A stretch of 64,000 nt of DNA, from positions 1 through 64,000 of the IMG/VR virus record IMGVR_UViG_3300044970_001619; one strand, written 5' to 3'. Position 1 is the first letter of the stretch. Each line of letters begins with the position of its first letter. The position numbers and the translations under genes are program-made. This document shows, in pieces, positions 9,228 to 16,560 of this stretch. This DNA comes from an uncultured virus (IMG/VR IMGVR_UViG_3300044970_001619). Taxonomy: Duplodnaviria > Heunggongvirae > Uroviricota > Caudoviricetes. The notes beneath the pieces were generated by a model. The model had not been told where the DNA came from, ran no database searches, and saw nothing but the letters and a program-made list of their open reading frames with translations.

Positions 9228-9932
9228 AGTTTCTTGTATCCGTTTTTCAGCAACTTGATAATACTCAGAATCCATTTCAATACCAATAAAATTTCTTTTA
9301 CAACGAACTGCAGCAACACCAGTAGACCCACTTCCCATTGTATTGTCCAACACGGTGTCACCTTCATTGGTGTATGTTTTAATCAAGTATTCCATCAATT
9401 CTACTGGTTTCTGTGTTGGATGCAATCCCTTCTCTTGCTTAAACTTAAGTATCGTTTTGGGATATCTTGACCCATCTGGATTGTCACGATGCTTGCTCTG
9501 TGCTTTACCATAAACCTCACCAATCTTGCTGGTCTCTGATGAGAAACCAGAATAAGGAGTTGAATACCACATTTGAGGATTATATGTGGGTTTGGTGCGA
9601 TAAAAAACCAAAATATTTTCATGTGATTTCAAAGGCATCACCTTTGCGTTCATAGGATTAGTTCCTTGTGGTTTTTCCCAAATCCATTCATACCTAAAGT
9701 TTTCTATGTTAGAAGCAGCAAGAATCGTTGTAAATGGTTGAGCGGCAGTGAATACCATCGCCCCATTCTTTTTACAAATTCTATGATACTGTTCCCACAA
9801 CTTATTCAAAGGAATAATACTATCCCATTTACAAGCAGTTGTGCCATACGGTAAATCTACCAAAACCATATCTACAGAATTATCTGCAAGTGTTGGTAGA
9901 ATTTCCAAACAATCACCCAATAGTAATGTCAT
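9171..9932 (-). CDS. N4-C/N6-A DNA methyltransferase (beta class)
   Basis: GDCLE, DLPYG (motif IV), HPTQKP, VLDNTMGSGSTG (motif I). Confidence 0.92.
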   Translation of the reverse strand: MTLLLGDCLEILPTLADNSVDMVLVDLPYGTTACKWDSIIPLNKLWEQYHRICKKNGAMVFTAAQPFTTILAASNIENFRYEWIWEKPQGTNPMNAKVMPLKSHENILVFYRTKPTYNPQMWYSTPYSGFSSETSKIGEVYGKAQSKHRDNPDGSRYPKTILKFKQEKGLHPTQKPVELMEYLIKTYTNEGDTVLDNTMGSGSTGVAAVRCKRNFIGIEMDSEYYQVAEKRIQETVLVSELAHNTSNALADLL

Positions 9933-10494
9933 GTATTTCTTCGCAGTAATCTAATTTAACAGTTGTCCAAAGTTGATCAGAGTTAGATCTGATAATTTTA
10001 GCATTAAATACTTCGGAAGAACATTTCCATCCAACAAGTTGACCAATATTTGTTTGTTTTCCATAGGTTTCTTCCCAGAGTTGATTATGATAATCAAGAA
10101 TATCTGACTTAATTACAATGAAATAATAACGTTTGATTCCTTTTTTCCATTCATCCTTTTCAGTACCCAAACAAAAAATATAATCCTCTTTTTTTATACT
10201 CAAGAAATTGAGTTTATCTTGAATTGTTTTGTGTTTAGTCAATCGTGATCCACTAATTTCAACAATATTTTTAATTACATTTCCTCCCTTATTGCCAATA
10301 CGAATACCTTCGTCTGTAGTTTGATCAAGTCCACTTTTATGATTGAAGTCTGGTTTCCAATCACTACCAAAACCCGCCTGTTTTAATGCCCAACAAAGAT
10401 TTTCTTCCCAGAGTTCTGCTTTACATTGAGCACTATAAAGTTCGTGATGCTTAGTGAGACGTTCTTTAATGAAAGGAACAAGAGATTCAAACAT
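9913..10494 (-). CDS. hypothetical protein, possible restriction-type endonuclease partner of the MTase
   Basis: 193 aa overlapping the MTase start; nuclease assignment is inference only. Confidence 0.55.
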   Translation of the reverse strand: MFESLVPFIKERLTKHHELYSAQCKAELWEENLCWALKQAGFGSDWKPDFNHKSGLDQTTDEGIRIGNKGGNVIKNIVEISGSRLTKHKTIQDKLNFLSIKKEDYIFCLGTEKDEWKKGIKRYYFIVIKSDILDYHNQLWEETYGKQTNIGQLVGWKCSSEVFNAKIIRSNSDQLWTTVKLDYCEEIHDITIG

Positions 10495-10516
10495 TGATTT
10501 TTTTGTTTATCTAGTA

Positions 10517-10572
10517 ATCATAGCACCTCTCAGTGCCCCTGAAGCAAAAAAAGGACACTTGATAAAGTGTCC
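10517..10572 (-). promoter_or_regulatory. early promoter: perfect palindrome plus TATGAT
   Basis: GGACACTT-GATA-AAGTGTCC at 10553-10572; -10 at 10517-10522. Confidence 0.75.
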
Positions 10573-10589
10573 TCCAGTACAAGTTTTGG

Positions 10590-10800
10590 ATCAGAAGGAA
10601 ACTTACAAACCCCCTTCACTCATTTTAGGTCAGACTAAAGCAGTCTGACGAGTGAATGCAACAATTTTGTTTGCGTTTGTTTTTTGTCCCGTCAACAGAT
10701 ACAACATAAACCCCAGTCGATTCTAATTTATCCCCAAGAAATGGAGATAATCGGTACTGCCCCGATGTCCTGGAATATAGAGGTCACATCCTCTTGAACT
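10590..10800 (-). ncRNA. ssrA: circularly permuted (two-piece) tmRNA; outer ends approximate
   Basis: T-arm and acceptor 3' half (ATCGG-GGCAGTA-CCGAT-TATCTCC-A, 10742-10770) precedes the 5' half GGGGATAAATTAGAATCGAC (G1 at 10735); G3.U70 pair; tag ORF ANKIVAFTRQTALV* at 10630-10674. Confidence 0.9.
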
Positions 10801-10836
10801 TATTATATAGTATCAAAGAATCTGATTTTTGTAAAG

Positions 10837-10909
10837 TGGAAGATAGGAGACTCGAACTCCTAACCTTAGCCTTGCAAAGACTCTGCTCTACCAATTGAGC
10901 TAATCCCCC
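10837..10909 (-). tRNA. tRNA-Ala(UGC)
   Basis: cloverleaf, loop TTTGCAA, G3.U70. Confidence 0.9.
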
Positions 10910-10913
10910 ATTT

Positions 10914-10988
10914 TGGTGGCGGGGGGTGGAATCGAACCACCAACCTGAAGCTTATGAGATTTCTGTGCAACCGTTACACTTCCCCACG
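10914..10988 (-). tRNA. tRNA-Met(CAU), initiator-like (C1:C72 mismatch), CCA encoded
   Basis: loop CTCATAA; lacks the three G-C pairs in the anticodon stem. Confidence 0.85.
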
Positions 10989-11011
10989 ATATTTGGATAA
11001 TTTATATCCAA

Positions 11012-11083
11012 CTCCCCCGGCAAGATTCGAACTTGCGACAAATCGGTTAACAGCCGACGACTCTACCGCTGAGCTACAGGGGA
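11012..11083 (-). tRNA. tRNA-Asn(GUU)
   Basis: cloverleaf, loop CTGTTAA. Confidence 0.93.
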
Positions 11084-11092
11084 ATAAGAATG

Positions 11093-11254
11093 TCAAGTAT
11101 TCATTAAATACTCAACAGTATTTGCTACGTCATTCATAGCATCTCGTAAATCTTCTCTTTGTCCTGATTCTTGTTTAACAATTGGACGAGAATCTTCACA
11201 TAAAGTCCATCTCCATTGCTTCATTTCTTTACAGTACCAAAGATTAATTTTCAT
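11093..11254 (-). CDS. small hypothetical protein (53 aa)
   Basis: hand-translated MKINLWYCKEMKQWRWTLCEDSRPIVKQESGQREDLRDAMNDVANTVEYLMNT. Confidence 0.65.
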   Translation of the reverse strand: MKINLWYCKEMKQWRWTLCEDSRPIVKQESGQREDLRDAMNDVANTVEYLMNT

Positions 11255-11399
11255 TCTTATTGTATTCGATTTTAATCCAATTCAGAAGTGAATTTAACTC
11301 CATTCTTTTTTCTTCAGTAAAATCAAATTTTTTATTGAAAAGATAAAAGTCCAGTGCTTCAATTACAACTTCTCTATCTCTTTGTGAAATTAAGGACAT
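11244..11399 (-). CDS. small hypothetical protein
   Basis: start MSLISQRDRE; the longer ORF-track version runs into tRNA-Pro. Confidence 0.6.
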   Translation of the reverse strand: MSLISQRDREVVIEALDFYLFNKKFDFTEEKRMELNSLLNWIKIEYNKNEN

Positions 11400-11438
11400 A
11401 ATGAATTTGTAGTATTTGGAGATATTTAGTTCTCCAAG

Positions 11439-11512
11439 TCGGGATGACAGGATTTGAACCTGCAACATCTTGAACCCAAATCAAGCACTCTACCAAGTTG
11501 AGCTACATCCCG
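11439..11512 (-). tRNA. tRNA-Pro(UGG)
   Basis: loop TTTGGGT. Confidence 0.92.
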
Positions 11513-11587
11513 TGGTGGGTGATGAGGGATTCGAACCCCCGACTGTCTCGGTGTAAACGAGAAACTCTACCACTGAGTTAATCACCC
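11513..11587 (-). tRNA. tRNA-Val(UAC), CCA encoded
   Basis: loop TTTACAC. Confidence 0.93.
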
Positions 11588-11662
11588 TGGAGCGAAATAG
11601 GAGATTCGAACTCCTGACGTTCTGCTTGGAAGGCAGACATTCTACCGCTGAATTAATTTCGC
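11588..11662 (-). tRNA. tRNA-Gly(UCC), CCA encoded
   Basis: loop CTTCCAA, U73. Confidence 0.93.
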
Positions 11663-11670
11663 ATTATTTG

Positions 11671-11699
11671 ATTGTAAGACAGAATCGAAATTCTGTCAA
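11671..11699 (-). promoter_or_regulatory. sigma70-type promoter
   Basis: TTGACA-17-TACAAT. Confidence 0.7.
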
Positions 11700-11770
11700 G
11701 CCCCCGACAAGATTTGAACTTGCAACCTTCTCATTACAAGTGAGATGCACTACCATTGTGCTACAAGGGC
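11699..11770 (-). tRNA. tRNA-Thr(UGU)
   Basis: loop CTTGTAA. Confidence 0.92.
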
Positions 11771-11791
11771 ATTATGCTTCATAAGAAGCAA

Positions 11792-11878
11792 CGGAAGGTG
11801 GGAGAGTCGAACTCCCAAGGGCTTTAACACCTCAACGCTTTTCAAGAGCGGTTCCGTCACCAATCGGATTGACCTTCC
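11792..11878 (-). tRNA. tRNA-Ser(UGA)
   Basis: loop CTTGAAA, long variable arm, G73. Confidence 0.92.
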
Positions 11879-11917
11879 TTATAATCTATCTTTAAAGGGT
11901 GTTATCACCCTATTTTA

Positions 11918-12121
11918 TCATTTAGAACTTACAAAAGTGTTGATTTTCTCTGCAAGTTGCTCAATATACTCATATGTAGGAAAATCTGGATAATCCATCT
12001 TAACCGTATTCATAGAATTTTCATTCCAACAACGGGCAGTATCATATTCAATGCTAAACTTATCGTTAGCAAATGCATATGCTTGCTTAAAAATCTCAAA
12101 TCGTAGTTCGTAAGGTGACAT
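11918..12121 (-). CDS. hypothetical phage protein
   Basis: start MSPYELRFEIFKQA after AGGAG SD; TTGACT-17-TATACT upstream at 12208-12236. Confidence 0.7.
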   Translation of the reverse strand: MSPYELRFEIFKQAYAFANDKFSIEYDTARCWNENSMNTVKMDYPDFPTYEYIEQLAEKINTFVSSK

Positions 12122-12236
12122 TCTTTTACTCCTGTGTGTTTGTGTGTTTGATGGATTAAGTGTGATATATCTCATAAGGATATAACAGGGACTTAACCTC
12201 TATCAATAGTATATATGACTTTCTAAGGAAAGTCAA

Positions 12237-12310
12237 CGTCCTCTGCAAGATTCGAACTTGCGACTTCTTGGTTCGTAGCCAAGCACTCTATTCCACTGAG
12301 TTAAGAGGAC
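12237..12310 (-). tRNA. tRNA-Arg(ACG)
   Basis: loop CTACGAA. Confidence 0.92.
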
Positions 12311-12314
12311 AAGG

Positions 12315-12386
12315 CACAGGATAGAAGATTTGAACTTCTACTAAAAGTTTTGGAGACTCTCGTGCTACCAATTACACCAATCCTGC
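12315..12386 (-). tRNA. tRNA-Trp(CCA)
   Basis: loop CTCCAAA, G73. Confidence 0.9.
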
Positions 12387-12390
12387 TAGG

Positions 12391-12464
12391 TGCCCGATAC
12401 AGGACTCGAACCTGTAAAACCTTGCTTCTAAGGCAAGTATGTATACCAATTCCATCAATCGGGC
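12391..12464 (-). tRNA. tRNA-Leu(UAG) with short variable loop
   Basis: loop CTTAGAA, A73, variable region only about 5 nt. Confidence 0.85.
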
Positions 12465-12468
12465 ATAG

Positions 12469-12540
12469 TTCCAGAACTAGGATTCGAACCTAGACGTACA
12501 CCTTCAAAGGGTGCTGACCTGCCAGTTAGTCGATTCTGGA
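12469..12540 (-). tRNA. tRNA-Gln(UUG)
   Basis: loop CTTTGAA, U1-A72. Confidence 0.92.
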
Positions 12541-12545
12541 TTAGG

Positions 12546-12619
12546 AGTTCAGGGTGGGATTTGAACCCACGATAAGAAGTTTTGCAGACTTCCGCATTTG
12601 ACCACTCTGCCACCTGAAC
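12546..12619 (-). tRNA. tRNA-Cys(GCA)
   Basis: loop CTGCAAA, U73. Confidence 0.92.
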
Positions 12620-12652
12620 ATTTGAACTATCTGGAATTTCCAGATAGTTAAG

Positions 12653-12723
12653 AGCCCAATAACAGAATTGAACTGTTCTCTGCAGTTTACTAAACTGCTG
12701 CATCACCACAATGCTTATCGGGC
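12653..12723 (-). tRNA. tRNA-Thr(AGU)
   Basis: GCAGT-TTAGTAA-ACTGC anticodon arm; G1-C72 and C2-G71. Confidence 0.85.
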
Positions 12724-13254
12724 GGGATTTGATAATACTCTACCTTTTCTAAACCCTTCTGGAATATCTTGATTTTTATCTATTCGATAAGAACCTTCTT
12801 TTGTTCCATCAGTAATCCACATTTTACCATACATAGAATTTTTTTCTCCTTGTTGATGTCCTATTCTCTGTAATGTCTTTTTTTTCTTTTCAATAGCATC
12901 AGGAGTGCAAGCCAACAATCTTGCATTAGGAGACATTTTTCTCAATAATTCTATTTGTTTTATTTTGAATTCTGGGTCATTCCACCTTTCCTTAAGAAGT
13001 TTACTACTAACATCTTTAGATAATTGGGAGTGGGGTCTATTTCTATTACTTTCCGCAATAAGTTTGGAAATAATTTCTTTTTTTGGTAAATATTTTACCA
13101 ACCCCCTCCAAGCCAATTCATCTTCTACTTTACCCCACAATCTCCAATTACAATAATGAAACATTGCGTGTTGAGTAATACTCAATTCGATTAAGTTTTC
13201 TGTAGAATCAGAACCTCCCATATGTTTTGGTATAATATGATGATGATGTTTCAT
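12715..13254 (-). CDS. free-standing HNH homing endonuclease with NUMOD3-like tail
   Basis: HHIIPKHMGGSDSTENLIELSITQHAMFH; GEKNSMYGKMWITDG. Confidence 0.88.
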   Translation of the reverse strand: MKHHHHIIPKHMGGSDSTENLIELSITQHAMFHYCNWRLWGKVEDELAWRGLVKYLPKKEIISKLIAESNRNRPHSQLSKDVSSKLLKERWNDPEFKIKQIELLRKMSPNARLLACTPDAIEKKKKTLQRIGHQQGEKNSMYGKMWITDGTKEGSYRIDKNQDIPEGFRKGRVLSNPAR

Positions 13255-13296
13255 TTTAAAAATTGAACCCTAATAACATTATTTATTAGAATTCAA

Positions 13297-13368
13297 TGTG
13301 TCGTATGAGAATTGAACCCATCTAGGTAGTTCCACAAACTACTGCCTTAACCACTAGGCTAACGACAC
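13297..13368 (-). tRNA. tRNA-His(GUG)
   Basis: loop TTGTGGA; A73 and genomic T at -1. Confidence 0.88.
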
Positions 13369-13369
13369 A

Positions 13370-13441
13370 AGGCAGTGGGTAGAATTGAACTACCGACATA
13401 GAGGGTATGAATCTCTTGTTCTACCACTGAACTACACTGCC
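13370..13441 (-). tRNA. tRNA with CAU anticodon (probably elongator Met)
   Basis: loop TTCATAC; GGC/GCC acceptor; U73 is atypical. Confidence 0.8.
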
Positions 13442-13443
13442 AA

Positions 13444-13528
13444 CGGAGAGTAGAGGATTCGAACCTCTGGTGCTGTTACACACAAGACCTTTCCAAGATC
13501 TCACCATAAACCACTCGGACAACTCTCC
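13444..13528 (-). tRNA. tRNA-Ser(GGA)
   Basis: loop TTGGAAA, long variable arm. Confidence 0.92.
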
Positions 13529-13530
13529 AA

Positions 13531-13619
13531 CGGAAGTGGTTGGATTTGAACCAACGGTGCCAATTACTTGACACGGAATCTTAGCAGGATTCTGCGATAA
13601 GCCACTCTGCCACACTTCC
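13531..13619 (-). tRNA. tRNA-Ser(GCU)
   Basis: loop CTGCTAA, long variable arm. Confidence 0.92.
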
Positions 13620-13673
13620 TTAATGTTGTCTTGAAGCATCCTAAGTGCGATTTAAGTTGCTTCAAGACAACAA

Positions 13674-13745
13674 TGGAACCGACAAGATTTGAACTTGTGA
13701 CCGCTCGGTTATCAGCCGAGTGCTCTACCACTGAGCTACGATTCC
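13674..13745 (-). tRNA. tRNA-Ile(GAU)
   Basis: loop CTGATAA. Confidence 0.93.
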
Positions 13746-13866
13746 ATCAAGGTAGGAGTCGATATCAACAACCTACCAGTTTCAGTTTTCGGACTGAAAA
13801 ACCTATCACTAACCAACCAAAGTTTCATAACGGAGGAAGTGAATCTCCGTGACCATAAAGGTCAAG
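13746..13866 (-). ncRNA. candidate four-hairpin structured RNA between tRNA-Phe and tRNA-Ile
   Basis: four consecutive stem-loops visible by eye, no ORF. Confidence 0.45.
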
Positions 13867-13940
13867 TGGGAACAGTCGGATTCGAACCGACAACACCAAG
13901 GTCTTCAGCCCTGTGCTCTACCAGTTGGAGCTATGTTCCC
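13867..13940 (-). tRNA. tRNA-Phe(GAA)
   Basis: loop CTGAAGA. Confidence 0.92.
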
Positions 13941-13944
13941 AAGG

Positions 13945-14016
13945 TAGTCCCAACGGGATTCGAACCCGTATGCCCAGATTGAAAATCTGGTATCCTAACC
14001 CTTAGATGATGGGACC
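13945..14016 (-). tRNA. tRNA-Glu(UUC)
   Basis: loop TTTTCAA. Confidence 0.92.
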
Positions 14017-14073
14017 ACGCAGAGTAATCTAAAATAATGTTAGATTACCTGGAATATGGAGATAAATCTCCAA

Positions 14074-14146
14074 CGACCCCTAGGGGATTCGAACCCCTGA
14101 CTTTCTGCTAGACAGGCAGACACTCTAACCGCTGAGTTAAGAGGCC
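14074..14146 (-). tRNA. tRNA-Asp(GUC)
   Basis: loop CTGTCTA, G73. Confidence 0.92.
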
Positions 14147-14150
14147 AAGG

Positions 14151-14241
14151 TGAGAGAGGAGGGAATTGAACCCCCGATGGTTCTTATGTAACGGTTTTAC
14201 AGACCGCAGCCACACATATTGCCAGCAGTAGCCACTCTCCC
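14151..14241 (-). tRNA. tRNA-Tyr(GUA) with enlarged D-loop
   Basis: loop CTGTAAA, variable arm, A73. Confidence 0.85.
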
Positions 14242-14245
14242 ACGA

Positions 14246-14317
14246 TGGGACATCTCGGATTCGAACCGAGGACTAACCGGTTAAAAGCCGGATACTCTAC
14301 CGCTGAGTTAATGTCCC
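14246..14317 (-). tRNA. tRNA-Lys(UUU)
   Basis: loop CTTTTAA. Confidence 0.93.
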
Positions 14318-14374
14318 AATAATGTGGTAATTATTCAGTTGTCAAGGTGCTGGTGGTCTCTCAACCACCCCTTA

Positions 14375-14527
14375 AGAATACCACGGAACCCGTTGCGGGG
14401 CAAGTGGTTTGTGCCAGTTCCAGAAGTGGTCCCAGGCACTTGGGGTCTCGTTCCCCCACCGACTCAAGTAATATACCAGGGTTTGGACCCCAGCGGAAAA
14501 TGATACGACCAGTTGAACAAGTGGCAC
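14375..14527 (-). promoter_or_regulatory. two tandem palindrome-type early promoters upstream of the tRNA array
   Basis: palindromes at 14411-14432 and 14507-14527; -10 boxes TATTCT at 14375-14380 and TATATT at 14470-14475. Confidence 0.7.
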
Positions 14528-14534
14528 AAGGCAT

Positions 14535-14570
14535 AAAAAAAGAGGGAGAACCTTTTGGATTCTCCCTCTT
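14535..14570 (-). terminator. rho-independent terminator
   Basis: AGAGGGAGAATCC-AAAA-GGTTCTCCCTCT followed by a T run. Confidence 0.8.
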
Positions 14571-14727
14571 GATTGCTTTTATGGTTTGTTCTTTTAACTT
14601 TGACTTACCATATTCGCAACCAAGAGGGATTCGCCCATAAACCAGCAGGTAATGGGACGATAATCACTCTTAGATTGTGTATGAAGGTAAGTCATTGTTT
14701 TAATATCGTATGTGTTTATTTATAAAA

Positions 14728-14925
14728 TCAAGAGTCTGCTTTTTCTTCTTTTCTTGAATTTTTTGTTTCTGAGATTTCTGCTCTACGAACTTTGGCAAGT
14801 TTTGCAATTTCTTGAAGTGCTTTTCTTGCTCTAGTTCCAGCAGAACCATTTCCATTCTCAAACTTTTCATCTTCTTGTTTCCAAGTTTCAAAAGCAGAGG
14901 CAATTTGATTTACAGTATCAGACAT
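14728..14925 (-). CDS. Hc1-like (histone H1-like) small DNA-binding protein
   Basis: EKFENGNGSAGTRARKALQEIAKLAK.RR.EI motif. Confidence 0.7.
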   Translation of the reverse strand: MSDTVNQIASAFETWKQEDEKFENGNGSAGTRARKALQEIAKLAKVRRAEISETKNSRKEEKADS

Positions 14926-14999
14926 AATTTCTATAAAAAATAAAATAATTATTATTTATATATGTAATTTTAAATTATTAGTTTAAAATTGTCAAATTC

Positions 15000-15683
15000 T
15001 CAGTCTTGAATATAAGAATCAACGATGGCATCAACCCATCCTTCACTCATATTTGCCATAATTGCAGTTGCTGCTTCTTGAGTCTCTGCATAACCTTCAT
15101 CAATGAGGTGTGCGAGAACTAAATCATAAAGGTCAAAACCTTCTTCTTGCTTACCTTTACGAATAATCTCTCTTGAGAGTCTTGCCTTTGCTTTTGGTTT
15201 TTCTTCTTCTCTGCCCTGTCTTGGATATGTAACTGCTTGTGGTTCACCAGCACCTTTGACGACACGAGTAACTTCAGCAGCATGACGGCTTCCGTACTCT
15301 CTTGCCATTTGACCAGTCATTCTCTTAGCATAAGGTTTTTCACGGTTCATTCTTTGAGAAACAGTTTCTTCTTCTCCACCCTTTCTCTTGAGTGTTGAAG
15401 TTGGGGTTGCTCTGTCTTTCCAATCTTTGAACTTCTCTTCAGGACCATAACCTGGTTTGTCCTTTCCTGCTTCTGCCTTTTTCTTTGCTGCTTTTGCAGC
15501 ATCTGCTCTAACTTCTGCTTGAGTTGGATTTGCACGATAGGGTTTTACACCAGGTGCTCTTTCCTCTTGAAGATAAGGTGAAGTGTAAGGCCAACGATTC
15601 ATCACATTGTGCTCTTCTGAAGCAGCTTCTGTAAGAATTTGTTGAGAAAGTTCGGAAATGTTCTGAAGGTCCTTATAGTTCAT
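15000..15683 (-). CDS. basic late protein with C-terminal HLxDEGYA...MSExW domain (probable virion internal protein)
   Basis: TATAAATA at 15713-15720; domain shared with 18581-18739 and 29579-30406. Confidence 0.75.
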   Translation of the reverse strand: MNYKDLQNISELSQQILTEAASEEHNVMNRWPYTSPYLQEERAPGVKPYRANPTQAEVRADAAKAAKKKAEAGKDKPGYGPEEKFKDWKDRATPTSTLKRKGGEEETVSQRMNREKPYAKRMTGQMAREYGSRHAAEVTRVVKGAGEPQAVTYPRQGREEEKPKAKARLSREIIRKGKQEEGFDLYDLVLAHLIDEGYAETQEAATAIMANMSEGWVDAIVDSYIQD

Positions 15684-15715
15684 TGATCCAAAAATTGTGT
15701 TTTATATACTTTTAT

Positions 15716-16555
15716 TTATAAAACTGAATTTAAATCATAATTTGTAACCAAAAGTTCAGTCTTTACATTATCCTGAGTTCCTTTTTCACCACGATGAACC
15801 ATAGAGTATCTAAGTTTCCATTCATTTAAATTATACTCTTTATAACGATTCAATAACCAATCATTTAGATTGTAAGTAATCATAAAACGGTGCGGACACG
15901 CATCCACATCGTCTGCAAATCTTTCGTGAGAGAATGATGAGTGTAGTTTTCTCCCTGTTCCATACAGGAAATCTTTAATATCATAAGGAGGGTCAAGAAA
16001 GACAAATACTTCCTCACCAGGGTCATTCATTACCTCGGCATAATCAATGTTCGTAATCTTCCAATTCTTAATGATATAAGAATACTTTGGAAGTTTATCA
16101 ATTCCAACCAAAGAGAAGTTGGAACGTGATGCTTGAACTGAGAAAGTAGAATTTTCAGTCAAACCTGAATAAGAACACTTATTTAAAATAAAGAAAGCAA
16201 TTGCTTGTTCAAAAGGTTCCAGAGTTTCAATGTCACTCTGATACCTATTAAACAAGTCTTTATGTGCCTCATCGTCACCATTCACTTCTTCTTTGATTGC
16301 TCTCAACTTCTCAGATAATGTTTGACCATTATCTCTTAGTTGAATCCAAAAGTTATACAAGTAATAATACTTGTCGTTGACCCAGATGGGAACTTTTGGA
16401 TAGTTTTGTGATACCATTAAAGAAATGCTTCCACCACCCAAGAATGGTTCTCTGAATTCTTTGAAGTCAGTAGGAAACCAAGGAGCAAGAGTTTTAAGTG
16501 CTTTACTCTTTCCTCCGGGGTAACGGAGCATTGTCTTTAATGGAAATTGTTTCAT
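15716..16555 (-). CDS. dam: Dam-like DNA adenine methyltransferase (D12 class)
   Basis: LRYPGGKSK, EPFLGGGS, VND, FLDPPY. Confidence 0.9.
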   Translation of the reverse strand: MKQFPLKTMLRYPGGKSKALKTLAPWFPTDFKEFREPFLGGGSISLMVSQNYPKVPIWVNDKYYYLYNFWIQLRDNGQTLSEKLRAIKEEVNGDDEAHKDLFNRYQSDIETLEPFEQAIAFFILNKCSYSGLTENSTFSVQASRSNFSLVGIDKLPKYSYIIKNWKITNIDYAEVMNDPGEEVFVFLDPPYDIKDFLYGTGRKLHSSFSHERFADDVDACPHRFMITYNLNDWLLNRYKEYNLNEWKLRYSMVHRGEKGTQDNVKTELLVTNYDLNSVL

Positions 16556-16560
16556 TTAGT

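Noticed and set aside
1001..9854. Numerous 60-160 aa plus-strand ORFs
   Set aside because: Antisense to tightly coupled minus-strand genes, with no recognisable motifs.
12455..13852. ORFs 12455-12709, 13421-13639, 13631-13852 and similar ORFs in the RNA island
   Set aside because: They overlap well-formed tRNA genes.
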